In this document: piece after piece, positions 1-9,642 of the stretch | How positions within the stretch are numbered: position 1 is the stretch's first letter | Layout: every line of letters starts with the position of its first letter | NCBI GenBank assembly: GCA_039801565.1 | Contig: JBDRUX010000055.1 | Location: 1 to 16,323 of the forward strand | Direction of reading: 5' to 3' | Length of the DNA stretch: 16,323 nucleotides | Source of the DNA: a candidate division WOR-3 bacterium | Lineage (GTDB): Bacteria; Hydrothermota; Tepidihabitantia; Tepidihabitantales; JAOUPE01 | The notes under the pieces: generated by a model | What the model saw: the letters and a program-made list of their open reading frames with translations, nothing else | Told to the model about the DNA's origin: nothing | The model's database searches: none | Program-made: the position numbers and the translations under genes

Positions 1-12
1 CAAAGGAGTTAA

Positions 13-717
13 TTGAATAATTACCGCATGACCAAAAAATTTTACGATGAGAGCGATTATTTTGTCGAGGTTAAAAACTATAGCGATCTACTTACATCTC
101 GATTCCAAAAGTATCGAATTGCTAATGTAAAAAAAATATATTCACCGAACTCAGAAGAATGCGTCTTAGACTTGGGTTGTGCTTTGGGCACCTTTTGTTT
201 TGCCTTTGCCCCACAATGTAAAGAAATAATTGGCGTTGACTACAGTCAAAAGGCAATAAGTATTGCGAATAAACTTCTTGCTACATCTCCTTTTCGGAAT
301 ATCAAGTTTATTTGCTCTGACGCCCAAGCCATTGAAGGAGTACCATCCGAATCAATTGATGTAATAGTCAGTGCCGATTTGTTCGAACATCTCTATCCCG
401 ATGTTTCGGAAAGGGTTTTGGATGAATGCCGGCGACTCCTCAAACCCAAGGGCAAATTAGTGATTTGGACCCCGCATCGAGGTCACATCATTGAAATTCT
501 TAAGAATCATAATATAATTCTTAAAAAAGACAAAAGTCATGTTCATTATAAATCAATGGGGTACCTTTTAACCAATTTGCAAAAAAGAAATTTCACAATA
601 CGGAAGGCTTATTATGTCGAATCGCATTTACCAATTTGGTCAAGTTTAGAAAGGTTGCTGATGCCGATTTTACCCATAATGCGTCGCCGGATTGCAATTT
701 TAGCCCAGAAGGTTTAA
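13..717 (+). CDS. Class I SAM-dependent methyltransferase
   Basis: Motif I VLDLGCALG, GVDYS acidic motif, DVIVSADLFEHL and RLLKPKG motifs. AAGGAG RBS at 3-8 precedes the TTG start; ATG at 28 is an alternative start. Confidence 0.9.
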   Translation: MNNYRMTKKFYDESDYFVEVKNYSDLLTSRFQKYRIANVKKIYSPNSEECVLDLGCALGTFCFAFAPQCKEIIGVDYSQKAISIANKLLATSPFRNIKFICSDAQAIEGVPSESIDVIVSADLFEHLYPDVSERVLDECRRLLKPKGKLVIWTPHRGHIIEILKNHNIILKKDKSHVHYKSMGYLLTNLQKRNFTIRKAYYVESHLPIWSSLERLLMPILPIMRRRIAILAQKV

Positions 718-723
718 ATTTAA

Positions 724-1689
724 ATGGTTCGATTGAATAAGAAAAATAAATTATGGCGAACCGTTGTTGCAATTATCATTATTGTCAGTATATTCTTTTT
801 TATGGGCAGGAGTTTATATCACAATTGGGACCAAGTCAAAACCGAAATTACTACTCGCCATTTTCAACTTTATCAGTTAATATTGGCTTTTCTATTTTTG
901 GGTTTAAACTTTTTGATTGGTGCTTATGGTTGGAAATGTATTCTCTCCTATTTTGCTGAAAAGATTACTTTCAAACAATCAATTCAGATTATTGCCTATG
1001 CGCTACTCGGCAAATATCTGCCAGGTAAAGTCTGGGCAATTTTGGGACGGATTTATTTAGCAAAAGAAATTGGCATTGCGGAGCGCCATTCGGCTTTAAG
1101 TGTCGTCATCGAGACCGCCTATCTCCTCATTTCGGCTTTTGCATTATTTCTTATTTCTCTTCTCTTTTATCCGAGTCTTTTGGCCAAGACCTATTTATTG
1201 TTAATCTTGATACCAATTACCGTCATCTTAATTTTTCCGCCGATATTTAATCGGGTAGTAAATTTCTTATTAGTTCGTCTCAAGCAGCAACCAGTCAGTT
1301 TTAATATTAAATTAAACCAAGCGGTCGTTTTGTTTTTATTATACCTTAGCGCTTGGATAGCAGCGGGCATTGGACTATACTTTCTCATAATTGCTTTCTA
1401 TCCCCTTGACTGGAAGGCACTATTTATATTTCCAGGTGCTTTTTCTTTATCTTGGATCATCGGTTTTGTTGTTATCTTTGCGCCCGGTGGCTTAGGCGTG
1501 AGAGAAGGACTTTTTGCTTTGTTAATTGACCCAATCGTTCCAAAAGCATTAAATATTTTGATTTCATTCCTGTCTCGGATTTGGATAACGATCTCCGAGA
1601 TTTTAATTTTTCTTTTTGTATTCATATTTTTTAGATTTAGGAGGATAGATGTCACCAAAAAAGAAACTCGAAACCAAGAAATTAGTTAG
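724..1689 (+). CDS. Lysylphosphatidylglycerol synthase TM-domain / flippase-like membrane protein (UPF0104-like)
   Basis: Multiple hydrophobic helices with family motifs GKYLPGKVW, PGGLGVRE and SRIW. Confidence 0.85.
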   Translation: MVRLNKKNKLWRTVVAIIIIVSIFFFMGRSLYHNWDQVKTEITTRHFQLYQLILAFLFLGLNFLIGAYGWKCILSYFAEKITFKQSIQIIAYALLGKYLPGKVWAILGRIYLAKEIGIAERHSALSVVIETAYLLISAFALFLISLLFYPSLLAKTYLLLILIPITVILIFPPIFNRVVNFLLVRLKQQPVSFNIKLNQAVVLFLLYLSAWIAAGIGLYFLIIAFYPLDWKALFIFPGAFSLSWIIGFVVIFAPGGLGVREGLFALLIDPIVPKALNILISFLSRIWITISEILIFLFVFIFFRFRRIDVTKKETRNQEIS

Positions 1690-4123
1690 TACTCAACCAA
1701 TTAAAGGTCAAATTTCGGAACGAACGCTCAATCGAATTTTTCTTCTAATTCTATTGGTATTGCCACTAATTCTTTTCCGAGATTTTCTTGCCGGTGCCAA
1801 AATGTTGTTCGGTTCCGACTTTATTTACTCCGGTGGTTATGTGGCACGACAATTTTTAGCCAGCTACATCAATAAACACCATTCGATTCCTTTATGGCTC
1901 CCTCACATCTATAGTGGATTACCTACCGTCGGAGCATTTTTAGGCGACATCTTTTACCCCTTGTCTTTATTTTTAAGACTATTTATGTCTGTTCATCTCG
2001 CTTGGACCTATACCTTTGTCTTTCAAATCTTCTTAGCCGGATTAGGGACTTATCTGTTCTTAAAAGAATTAAAAATTCCCTCGACCGCCGCATTTGTGTT
2101 AGCATTAGCCTATATGTTTTCAGGCAGTGTCGTTTCCAATACTCATGAGGGGCATGACGGTAGGCTTATTTGTACAACAATGTTGCCCTTAGTCCTTTTC
2201 TTTTTAGAACGTGGGATGAACTCAAAACGATTTTATAACTTCTTATTATCGGGTACAATGCTTGGGTTACAATTCTTATCTGGGCATATCCAACAGGCTT
2301 ATTATACCGGATTAATCGTCATTATTTACTTCTTATTCCGATTGATTAGTGATTTCCGCTATAATAAGGATGAAAGACGATTTGCCCTATTAGGCAAACT
2401 GGTGGGATTTTTTGTTTTAACCGCAATTTTTACTGCTTGTTTGGTAACAATTCAATATCTACCGGTCTACGAGAATTTGCCCAACGGTATGCGCGGTCAG
2501 ACGCGTGGTTATGAGTTTGCAACATCCTGGGCAATGGGACCAGAGGAGACCTTTGACTTAATTACACCTCGTTTTTCAGGCGGACTGGACCATTATTGGG
2601 GTCGCAATCCTTTCAAACACCACACCGAGTACCTTGGAATCTTACCTTTGATTTTAGCTTTAGTGGGAATCATCTTCTGTTGGCGTGAACAATTTACTAA
2701 ATTTTTCTTTGGTTTACTTATCTTCACCTTGCTAATGGCTTGGGGTGGCCATACCCCATTTTATTATCTCCCTTACTACCTTTTGCCTGGAATAAATAAA
2801 TTCCGAGCACCTTCTCTCATTTTCTTTACCACGGCATTTTCGATTGTAACTTTAGCCGGCATCGGTCTTAAATTTCTAATTGGCGAAATTAAAGATATTA
2901 AACGGGTATCAAAGTTTTTGATTTGGGTTGTGGGAATTGGAATTGGATTTTTAATCATAACTTTAATTGGTCAATCAGGCATCGTCTCTCTTCTAAGTGC
3001 TATTACTCGTTCGGACCCGAATCGGATTTCCGCTAATTACAGCAATTTTCAAACCGGTATGATAATTGCTGTTTTATTCATTATAATCAATTCCGGCTTA
3101 ATCCATTTTTTAGTGAAAAGAAGACTCAAACTCTTGATATTCGCAATCACCGCTGGCTTGGTATTGTTAATTGACTCTTGGCTGGTTGTTACTAAGTATA
3201 TCAAGCCTTATCCGGCACCAAATGAATCATTTGCTCCTGACGAAGTGGTTAATTTTTTAGCCAAGGATACGAGTTATTATCGCGTTTTCCCTTTGTACTA
3301 CATAGATTTGGCAACCGGTGTGAATAAGTCGGATATGGGTTTACTTTGGCTTTATAATATTCAAAGTGTCGGCGGTCAACATCCCAATCCGCTCCAAAAT
3401 TATATGGATTTTGTTGGCATTGAAAAATCGGTGATGTTCTCTTTGCCACCTAATTTACTCTATCGCAACTTTTTGAATTTACTCAACGTGAAGTATATTG
3501 TAACTGTGCCATTGCCCGAAGATATTGGCAAGTTTCCACCGCAGACCCAACAGATGATACAATTGCTTCGTCAGTATATTTCCCTGCCTGGTCTGAGTTT
3601 AGTTCATCTCACTCAAAAGGCTGCTATCTACCGCAACGACTCATTATTACCACGAGTATTTTTGGTGCCGAGATTTGAAGTGCTGAAAGACAAGGATGCA
3701 GTTTTAAATCGGTTAAAAGACAACTCATTTGACCCAAGAAAGGTTGTCATCTTGGATGAGCAGCCAACTGGGATAATGAATCTTGCTGATAGCGTCCAGG
3801 GAACTGTCAGAATTATAGATTATGACCCAAATCGAATTACAATTGAAGCCGATTTGCAAAATGCCGGGTTTTTGGTCTTAAGTGAAAACTATCATCCGGA
3901 TTGGAAGGCATCGGTTAATGGTAAAAAAGTAACGGTCTACCGCGCTTATCATACTCTACGGGCAATTTATTTAGAGTCAGGAAAACACACGGTGACATTT
4001 ACCTGTGATTCAAAATCCTATCGGCTTGGTAAGACCCTGACAATTTTAGCCAGTATCTTTCTGGTGATAATGTTAATTTGGGAAGGATTTAAGAGAAAAA
4101 AATTACGAAAGCAGACAAAATGA
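1649..4123 (+). CDS. YfhO-family polytopic membrane protein (GT-C-like glycosyltransferase)
   Basis: PLWLPHIYSGLP, FYPL, GHIQ, YLG and FRAPS motifs; C-terminal GFLVLSENYHPDWKASVNG domain followed by a final TM helix. AGGAGG RBS at 1639-1644; overlaps the upstream ORF by 41 bp. Confidence 0.85.
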   Translation: MSPKKKLETKKLVSTQPIKGQISERTLNRIFLLILLVLPLILFRDFLAGAKMLFGSDFIYSGGYVARQFLASYINKHHSIPLWLPHIYSGLPTVGAFLGDIFYPLSLFLRLFMSVHLAWTYTFVFQIFLAGLGTYLFLKELKIPSTAAFVLALAYMFSGSVVSNTHEGHDGRLICTTMLPLVLFFLERGMNSKRFYNFLLSGTMLGLQFLSGHIQQAYYTGLIVIIYFLFRLISDFRYNKDERRFALLGKLVGFFVLTAIFTACLVTIQYLPVYENLPNGMRGQTRGYEFATSWAMGPEETFDLITPRFSGGLDHYWGRNPFKHHTEYLGILPLILALVGIIFCWREQFTKFFFGLLIFTLLMAWGGHTPFYYLPYYLLPGINKFRAPSLIFFTTAFSIVTLAGIGLKFLIGEIKDIKRVSKFLIWVVGIGIGFLIITLIGQSGIVSLLSAITRSDPNRISANYSNFQTGMIIAVLFIIINSGLIHFLVKRRLKLLIFAITAGLVLLIDSWLVVTKYIKPYPAPNESFAPDEVVNFLAKDTSYYRVFPLYYIDLATGVNKSDMGLLWLYNIQSVGGQHPNPLQNYMDFVGIEKSVMFSLPPNLLYRNFLNLLNVKYIVTVPLPEDIGKFPPQTQQMIQLLRQYISLPGLSLVHLTQKAAIYRNDSLLPRVFLVPRFEVLKDKDAVLNRLKDNSFDPRKVVILDEQPTGIMNLADSVQGTVRIIDYDPNRITIEADLQNAGFLVLSENYHPDWKASVNGKKVTVYRAYHTLRAIYLESGKHTVTFTCDSKSYRLGKTLTILASIFLVIMLIWEGFKRKKLRKQTK

Positions 4124-4809
4124 AAAAATCTTTTACGGTTCGCGATTTACCGAAATCCGAACGGCCAAGAGAAAGGTTATTAAGACTTGGACCAGAGGCG
4201 TTATCGGCACAAGAAATTCTTGCGGTAATCTTAAGTAGGGGAACGGCTGGTAAATCGGTAATGAATATTGCTCAAGAGCTTTTAAGTAAATTTGGTAATC
4301 TTAAGGCAATCGCTTCGGCTTCAATTGAAGAACTCTGTCAGATTGATGGGATTGGACCGGCTAAGGCTTGTCAAATCAAAGCCGCTTTGGAACTGGGCAA
4401 AAGGGCAGAAGGCTACCCAGAAGATTTGTCTAAAATTGAAATCAAGACTACCCAAGATGTCTTGCGAGTGGTTCGACCAAAATTAAAAGATAAGAAGAAA
4501 GAATATTTCTTGCTATTACTTTTAGATTCAAGAAATCAATTAATCCGTCCGGTTGATATTTCAATTGGTAGTCTTGATGCTACGGTTGTCCATCCGCGCG
4601 AGGTTTTCAAAGAAGCGATTGCAGCGTCCGCAGCTTCGGTAATTTGTGTTCACAACCACCCCTCCGGAAATCCTGAACCCTCCGATGACGATTTAAATTT
4701 AACCAAACGATTGGTTCTGGCTGGAAATCTTTTAGGCATTGAAATTTTAGACCATATCATTATTGGTGCACAAGGCTATTATAGTCTAAAAAGCCATAGT
4801 TTGATATAA
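4120..4809 (+). CDS. radC: RadC-family JAB/MPN domain protein
   Basis: ERPRERL N-terminus, HhH motif GIGPAKA, VHPREVF, HNHPSG and LDHIII. ATGA overlap with the YfhO stop codon. Confidence 0.95.
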   Translation: MKKSFTVRDLPKSERPRERLLRLGPEALSAQEILAVILSRGTAGKSVMNIAQELLSKFGNLKAIASASIEELCQIDGIGPAKACQIKAALELGKRAEGYPEDLSKIEIKTTQDVLRVVRPKLKDKKKEYFLLLLLDSRNQLIRPVDISIGSLDATVVHPREVFKEAIAASAASVICVHNHPSGNPEPSDDDLNLTKRLVLAGNLLGIEILDHIIIGAQGYYSLKSHSLI

Positions 4810-4861
4810 CTTTAGCTCGCTAACAATAGGTTTTAGGGCAAAAGCATTTTAATCCAAACCC

Positions 4862-4889
4862 TTGACATAAAGATAAAAACACCTATAAT
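4862..4889 (+). promoter_or_regulatory. Sigma70-type promoter of the Kelch gene
   Basis: TTGACA (4862-4867), 16-bp spacer, TATAAT (4884-4889). Confidence 0.75.
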
Positions 4890-5001
4890 TAGTTAAGGAT
4901 GATTAAAGTTATTATCCATTTTAAATTTCCCTTATTAAAAGTTGGAATTAGCGATGTGAGAGTCAGCTATCATTTGGACAACATAACCAAAAGGAGGTAC
5001 T

Positions 5002-6333
5002 ATGAAGTCCAATAAAAAAATTGGGTTTTTAGTCATTTTATTGGCTGTCACTTCTGTATTCGGATTTGAATGGAAAATGCTTTATCCAAATGCTCGGGCT
5101 AATGCTTCAATGATTGTTGATAGTATTAATCAAAGAATAATCCTTTTTGGGGGGATGACATTAAGATTGAATAATCGAATTTATAACGATGTCTGGGAAT
5201 TGCCATTAGATACTACACAACCATACGTTTGGTTTCCATTATCGGTTAGCGGAAATTCACCTTCGCCTCGGTATAACCACTCAGCCGTTTATGACCAAGT
5301 TCACCAAAGAATGCTTGTATTTGGTGGAATGATTAGTGGAGGGGTTCTTTTAAATGAAGTCTGGTCACTTAATTTAGTGGCAGGAGGCGAAAGCTGGGAG
5401 AGATTACATCCTGCCGGCGCTTCGCCAGTACCTCGTCAGGCTACCAGTGCTATCTATCATCCAACACGAAACTCGCTAATCCTCTTTAGTGGCGCTGGTG
5501 ATTATGTATGGTACAATGACTTGTGGGAATTAAATTTAGATAGTATGGTGTGGCGAGAGATTATCGTACCAGGACAAAGGCCTACACCGCGTTGTTTCCC
5601 CGGTGCATTTTTCGATGCCGTAAATAACCGAATGGTTATTTTTGGTGGGAACTCCGAGGTTTTTTACAATGATTTATGGTCATTGGATTTAACCTTAGGC
5701 AACGAACATTGGACTGAACTTCATCCTACCGGTTCAATTCCATCACCGAGAACCAATTTTGCTTATGGCTATGATAGAGCAAACAATAAATTTTATGTTT
5801 TTGGTGGTTTCACAAGCGGTATGGTATTCTTAAACGACTTGTATGAACTTGATATTGTAACCCTGCATTGGACCCAACTCAATCCATCGGGTGATTTGCC
5901 GGTGGAAAGAAGAAATGCCGCTGGTGTCTATGACTTCTTCGGCAATAATTTCTTTATCTTTGGTGGTGACCAATACTATGACCTTTATTTTGGTGAAACC
6001 TATTTTATTCATCTTGGTACAACCGACACACCAGAATGGCAATCCCAGCCGATATTAAACGTTGCACCTTCGCTTTTTATTAACTCGCCTTCTTCGGATT
6101 TGGTGCGGATTCGTTATACGATGCCCAAAATTTGTAATATCGAAATTAAAATCCTTGATTCTAATGGTCGAATTGTAAAAAATCTTTTCGCTGGCTCAAT
6201 AAACTCAACGAGCGGAGTATTGGTTTGGAATATGAATAATAACAGTGGTAAAAAGGTAGGTTCGGGTGTCTATTACTGTCTTTTAGAAACCGAGGATACG
6301 AAAATCTCGAAAAAATTTGTCATTGCCAAATGA
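5002..6333 (+). CDS. Secreted Kelch-repeat beta-propeller protein with C-terminal FlgD-Ig/T9SS-type-A-like domain
   Basis: Signal peptide MKSNKKIGFLVILLAVTSVFG. About six repeats of PxPR...YD...xxFGG...NDLWxL. C-terminus WN..N..GKKVGSGVYY...KKFVIAK. AGGAGG RBS. Confidence 0.85.
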   Translation: MKSNKKIGFLVILLAVTSVFGFEWKMLYPNARANASMIVDSINQRIILFGGMTLRLNNRIYNDVWELPLDTTQPYVWFPLSVSGNSPSPRYNHSAVYDQVHQRMLVFGGMISGGVLLNEVWSLNLVAGGESWERLHPAGASPVPRQATSAIYHPTRNSLILFSGAGDYVWYNDLWELNLDSMVWREIIVPGQRPTPRCFPGAFFDAVNNRMVIFGGNSEVFYNDLWSLDLTLGNEHWTELHPTGSIPSPRTNFAYGYDRANNKFYVFGGFTSGMVFLNDLYELDIVTLHWTQLNPSGDLPVERRNAAGVYDFFGNNFFIFGGDQYYDLYFGETYFIHLGTTDTPEWQSQPILNVAPSLFINSPSSDLVRIRYTMPKICNIEIKILDSNGRIVKNLFAGSINSTSGVLVWNMNNNSGKKVGSGVYYCLLETEDTKISKKFVIAK

Positions 6334-6664
6334 GGAGCTATTAACTTAAAGTTCGATAACCGTAAGGTCTTAATAATCTTATCGTAATTAATTCAATATG
6401 GATTAGCTCATCTTTATTAATTTCTAATTTATTAATTTCTAAGGGCCTAAATTTCATTGGTAAAATTAAATTAACTTTTGGATATTCTTTTACCGTGGTT
6501 TGAGGGGTTTTTGTTAGAAAAATTCGAAATTTCCCTGTAGGCAGCGGGTATTTTTGTGCCCAAAATGTGTATTATAAGTACAATAAAAATTGACGGAATT
6601 TTTGTTTTATCTATTTGATTTTTAATATCTTATATTAAATTTTGCTTTGGGAGGGGGTATCGTA

Positions 6665-6820
6665 TAGGGGGTGACCCCGTAGGCAGTCCCCTAAGCAGCC
6701 CCGTAAGTAGCTTCGGGAGTTAGTTCGGAGGCCGGTTCGGGGGTTGGTTGGTAGGCAGGTTGGGAAGCGACTTCGTGGGTGACTTGGGAAGCGGCTCGGT
6801 AGGCAACTTGGGAAGCAACC
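6665..6820. repeat. Thirteen degenerate 12-bp tandem repeats, G-rich on the + strand
   Basis: Exact 12-bp register with units such as ccgtaggcagtc, tcgggagttagt, tcggaggccggt, tgggaagcgact, tgggaagcggct and tgggaagcaacc. Confidence 0.85.
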
Positions 6821-6889
6821 CCGATACCACCTCATTATTTTTACTTCTCTCTAAATCTGGATCCTAATCCACTGATTTTGTTTTACTTT

Positions 6890-6924
6890 CACCAGTCCCT
6901 AACCACAAGTCACTAATCACTGAT
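6890..6924. repeat. Five heptamer tandem repeats
   Basis: caccagt ccctaac cacaagt cactaat cactgat. Confidence 0.7.
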
Positions 6925-6925
6925 T

Positions 6926-6977
6926 TTTCGGGCTACCTGGTAGGCTACTTCGGGAGTTGGTTCGGAGGCTGGTCGGT
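6926..6977. repeat. Second block of the 12-bp repeat (about 4.3 units), abutting the truncated attC
   Basis: tttcgggctacc tggtaggctact tcgggagttggt tcggaggctggt cggt. Bases 6948-6973 match 6711-6736 at 24/26. Confidence 0.8.
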
Positions 6978-7063
6978 CAACGACGTTTGTCGTAGCGCAG
7001 CGAAGGCAAATGTGCCGCAGCCGAGCAATCGATAGGGAGCTAAGCGTTGAACCGCTGTTAGGC
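6977..7063 (-). mobile_element. Truncated attC site of the mgtA cassette
   Basis: On the - strand, R'' GCCTAAC lies 30 bp after the mgtA stop, followed by the arm agcggttcaacg, internal hairpins and the return arm cgttga. The expected remainder (accgct plus a GTTRRRY core) is replaced by the 12-bp repeat. Confidence 0.75.
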
Positions 7064-7093
7064 AACATTTCAAATCTATCATCTATTTTCCAT

Positions 7094-9616
7094 TCAAAAT
7101 TTCACCTTCCTGTAGAAAATCTTCTTCACCTTTTCTGCTGTTATAATATAAAGGAAAACAATTAAACCAACAAGCAAAAGGAAAGAAATTGGCAGTGGAC
7201 TGAATCCAAAAATTCCAGCAAGTGGGGTGAAGGGGAAAATTATTGTTATAACAACAATGGAAAGAGTTGCAATTAGCAGATATTTCCCGGGTTGACTACT
7301 GAAAAAAGGTTTCTGGCTGCGGATAACGAGCACGATCAATGATGCAGAAATAACGGATTCCAGAAACCAGCCGGTTCTGAACTGAATCTGGGTAGCATGA
7401 AGGACGAGCAGCAGCAACCCAAAAGTGAGATAATCAAAAACCGAACTCACCAGGCCAAATGTAATCATAAATTTGCGGATTGCCTTAATGTTCCAACGAT
7501 GTGGATAATCAATCAACTCTTTATCCACACTGTCGGTTGCAATAGTCATCTCCGGAAAATCCGTCAGAAGATTGGTGAGCAAGATCTGTTTGGGGAGTAA
7601 GGGGAGAAACGGCAGAATGAGGGATACTCCAGCCATACTGAACATATTCCCGAAATTGGCGCTGGTTGCCATAAAAACATATTTGAGTGTATTGGCAAAA
7701 GTTGCTCTTCCTTCGCGCACACCCTGCACCAAAACACCTAAGTCTTTTTCAAGCAAGACAATATCTGCTGCATCTTTGGCAACAGCCACGGCGTTGTTAA
7801 CAGAAATGCCAACATCGGCAGAATGTATTGCGGAAGCATCATTAATGCCGTCGCCTATGTACCCTACGATATTTCCGGCTTTTTTGAGAGCGATAATGAT
7901 TCGCTCCTTTTGATTGGGTTCAATTTCGGCGAAAACATCCGTCTCCTCCACCATTTTAAGAAGTGCAGCATCGCTTAGACTTCTCATCTTCTGTCCTGTA
8001 AGTATTTTAGTATTCTTTAATCCTATCTGCTGGCTGATATTAGTAGCAACCAAATGATTATCGCCTGTAATGATTTTGAGAGAAACGCCGAGGTTCTTTA
8101 AGCTGGTAACCGTCTCGATGATATTGGGTTTAGGTGGATCAAAAAGAACTAAAAATCCTGAAAAAGTCATACCCGATTCATGCTCTTTGCCGATACGTGA
8201 CTCCGTACCCATATTCCTGTAAGCAATGCCTAGAGTTCGAAATCCCTTATTACTGAATTCCTCAAAGCGCTTCTGGATTCGGTCCCGTACCGTAGTGATA
8301 TCAACGATGGTTTCATCTCCGGTTTCCGCTCTTGTGCAGACAGCAAGTACATTCAGCAGCGCACCTTTGGTCACCATCAGATTCGTGTTATTGTGTGAAA
8401 CCAGTATGCTTAATCGCTTACGAAGAAAATCGTATGGAATTTCATCCAATTTTTGATAACCCGACAGATCAAACTTGCAATGGTTGCGGATAGCTTCATC
8501 TATAGGGTTTGTAAAACCTGTTTCGTAAAAAGCATTAATATAAGCTTGCAGTAAAACTTTATCGCTTGGCGCGCCATCCACGTCAAGGGCGGATTGGAGC
8601 TGTATGGTACCCTCGGTTAATGTACCAGTTTTATCTGAGCAGAGCACGTTCATGCTACCGAAGTTTTCAATTGAAGATAGGCGCTTGACGATAACCTTCT
8701 TTTGAGCTATTCGTTTGGCACCGTGGGAGAGGTTAATACTGATAATTGCTGGCAGCAATTGCGGCGTTAATCCAACGGCAAGGGCTAAAGAAAATAAAAA
8801 TGATTCCAGAACCGGACGTGATAGATAGACGTTGATGGCAAAAATGGCAACCACAAGCACCAGCGTGACCTCCATAAGAAAGTAGCCAAATTGATGGATA
8901 CCATGCTCAAATTCCGTTTGCTGAGGCCTGATTTTCAACCGCTCGGATACTTTTCCGAACTCGGTATCCTTGCCGGTGCGTACAATCAGTGCTGTTGCGC
9001 TGCCGCTCACTACATGAGTCCCCATCCAAAGAGCATTTGTCCGCTGCCCCAGCGGAGTATCGGGCGGCAATATTGCTACTGCTTTTTCCACAGGGAAAGT
9101 TTCACCGGTTAGTATTGCTTCATCAATGAAAAGATCATTTGATTCCAGAACTAGCCCGTCGCCCGGAACAAAATCACCGGCACTAAGGATAACGATATCG
9201 CCCGGTACAATCTCTTCTATGGGAATCTCGATAGAGCCTCCAGCGCGCAATACCGTCGCTTTAATCTGTACAATTGAAAGTAATTTTTCCACAGCATTTG
9301 AAGCGCTGTGCTCCTGCCAAAATCCAAGCAAACCACTTATAAGGATGATTGAAAGAATGATAAATGCATCAACCGGATCGTGCAGAAAAAACGATAATAC
9401 CGTTGCAAAGAAAAGGATTAGTATAATAGGACTTTGGAATTGAGAAACCAGAAGAGTTAACGTATTCAGGCGCTTTTTTGGTTTTAGCCTATTAGCACCA
9501 TAGAATGCGAGCCGCTTTTTAGCTTCATAGTCCGTCAATCCTTCTTTTGACGATTCAAGTATCTTGAGCATATCGCTTGTGGGGATACTCCAAAATGAAG
9601 TAGGGGGTTGGTTCAT
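7094..9616 (-). CDS. mgtA: Magnesium-translocating P-type ATPase carried as an integron gene cassette
   Basis: DEAILTGETFPVEK, LAVGLTPQLLP, phosphorylation motif DKTGTLT, KGA, TGDN, GDGINDA and SANFGNMFS; P3B-type C-terminal TM region with FRTGWFLES. Confidence 0.9.
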   Translation of the reverse strand: MNQPPTSFWSIPTSDMLKILESSKEGLTDYEAKKRLAFYGANRLKPKKRLNTLTLLVSQFQSPIILILFFATVLSFFLHDPVDAFIILSIILISGLLGFWQEHSASNAVEKLLSIVQIKATVLRAGGSIEIPIEEIVPGDIVILSAGDFVPGDGLVLESNDLFIDEAILTGETFPVEKAVAILPPDTPLGQRTNALWMGTHVVSGSATALIVRTGKDTEFGKVSERLKIRPQQTEFEHGIHQFGYFLMEVTLVLVVAIFAINVYLSRPVLESFLFSLALAVGLTPQLLPAIISINLSHGAKRIAQKKVIVKRLSSIENFGSMNVLCSDKTGTLTEGTIQLQSALDVDGAPSDKVLLQAYINAFYETGFTNPIDEAIRNHCKFDLSGYQKLDEIPYDFLRKRLSILVSHNNTNLMVTKGALLNVLAVCTRAETGDETIVDITTVRDRIQKRFEEFSNKGFRTLGIAYRNMGTESRIGKEHESGMTFSGFLVLFDPPKPNIIETVTSLKNLGVSLKIITGDNHLVATNISQQIGLKNTKILTGQKMRSLSDAALLKMVEETDVFAEIEPNQKERIIIALKKAGNIVGYIGDGINDASAIHSADVGISVNNAVAVAKDAADIVLLEKDLGVLVQGVREGRATFANTLKYVFMATSANFGNMFSMAGVSLILPFLPLLPKQILLTNLLTDFPEMTIATDSVDKELIDYPHRWNIKAIRKFMITFGLVSSVFDYLTFGLLLLVLHATQIQFRTGWFLESVISASLIVLVIRSQKPFFSSQPGKYLLIATLSIVVITIIFPFTPLAGIFGFSPLPISFLLLVGLIVFLYIITAEKVKKIFYRKVKF

Positions 9617-9642
9617 CCTGAGCTTCCCTTCTTAGAAATGTC

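Noticed and set aside
6590..6617. TTGACG-N16-TATTTG promoter pointing into the repeat block
   Set aside because: The -10 element is poor and the region is very AT-rich, so a chance match is likely.
6665..6977. Possible CRISPR array
   Set aside because: The units are contiguous degenerate 12-mers with no spacers, and no cas genes are present.
7397..9443. Short + strand ORFs antisense to mgtA, and similar short ORFs within other genes
   Set aside because: They are antisense or off-frame shadows with no recognisable motifs.
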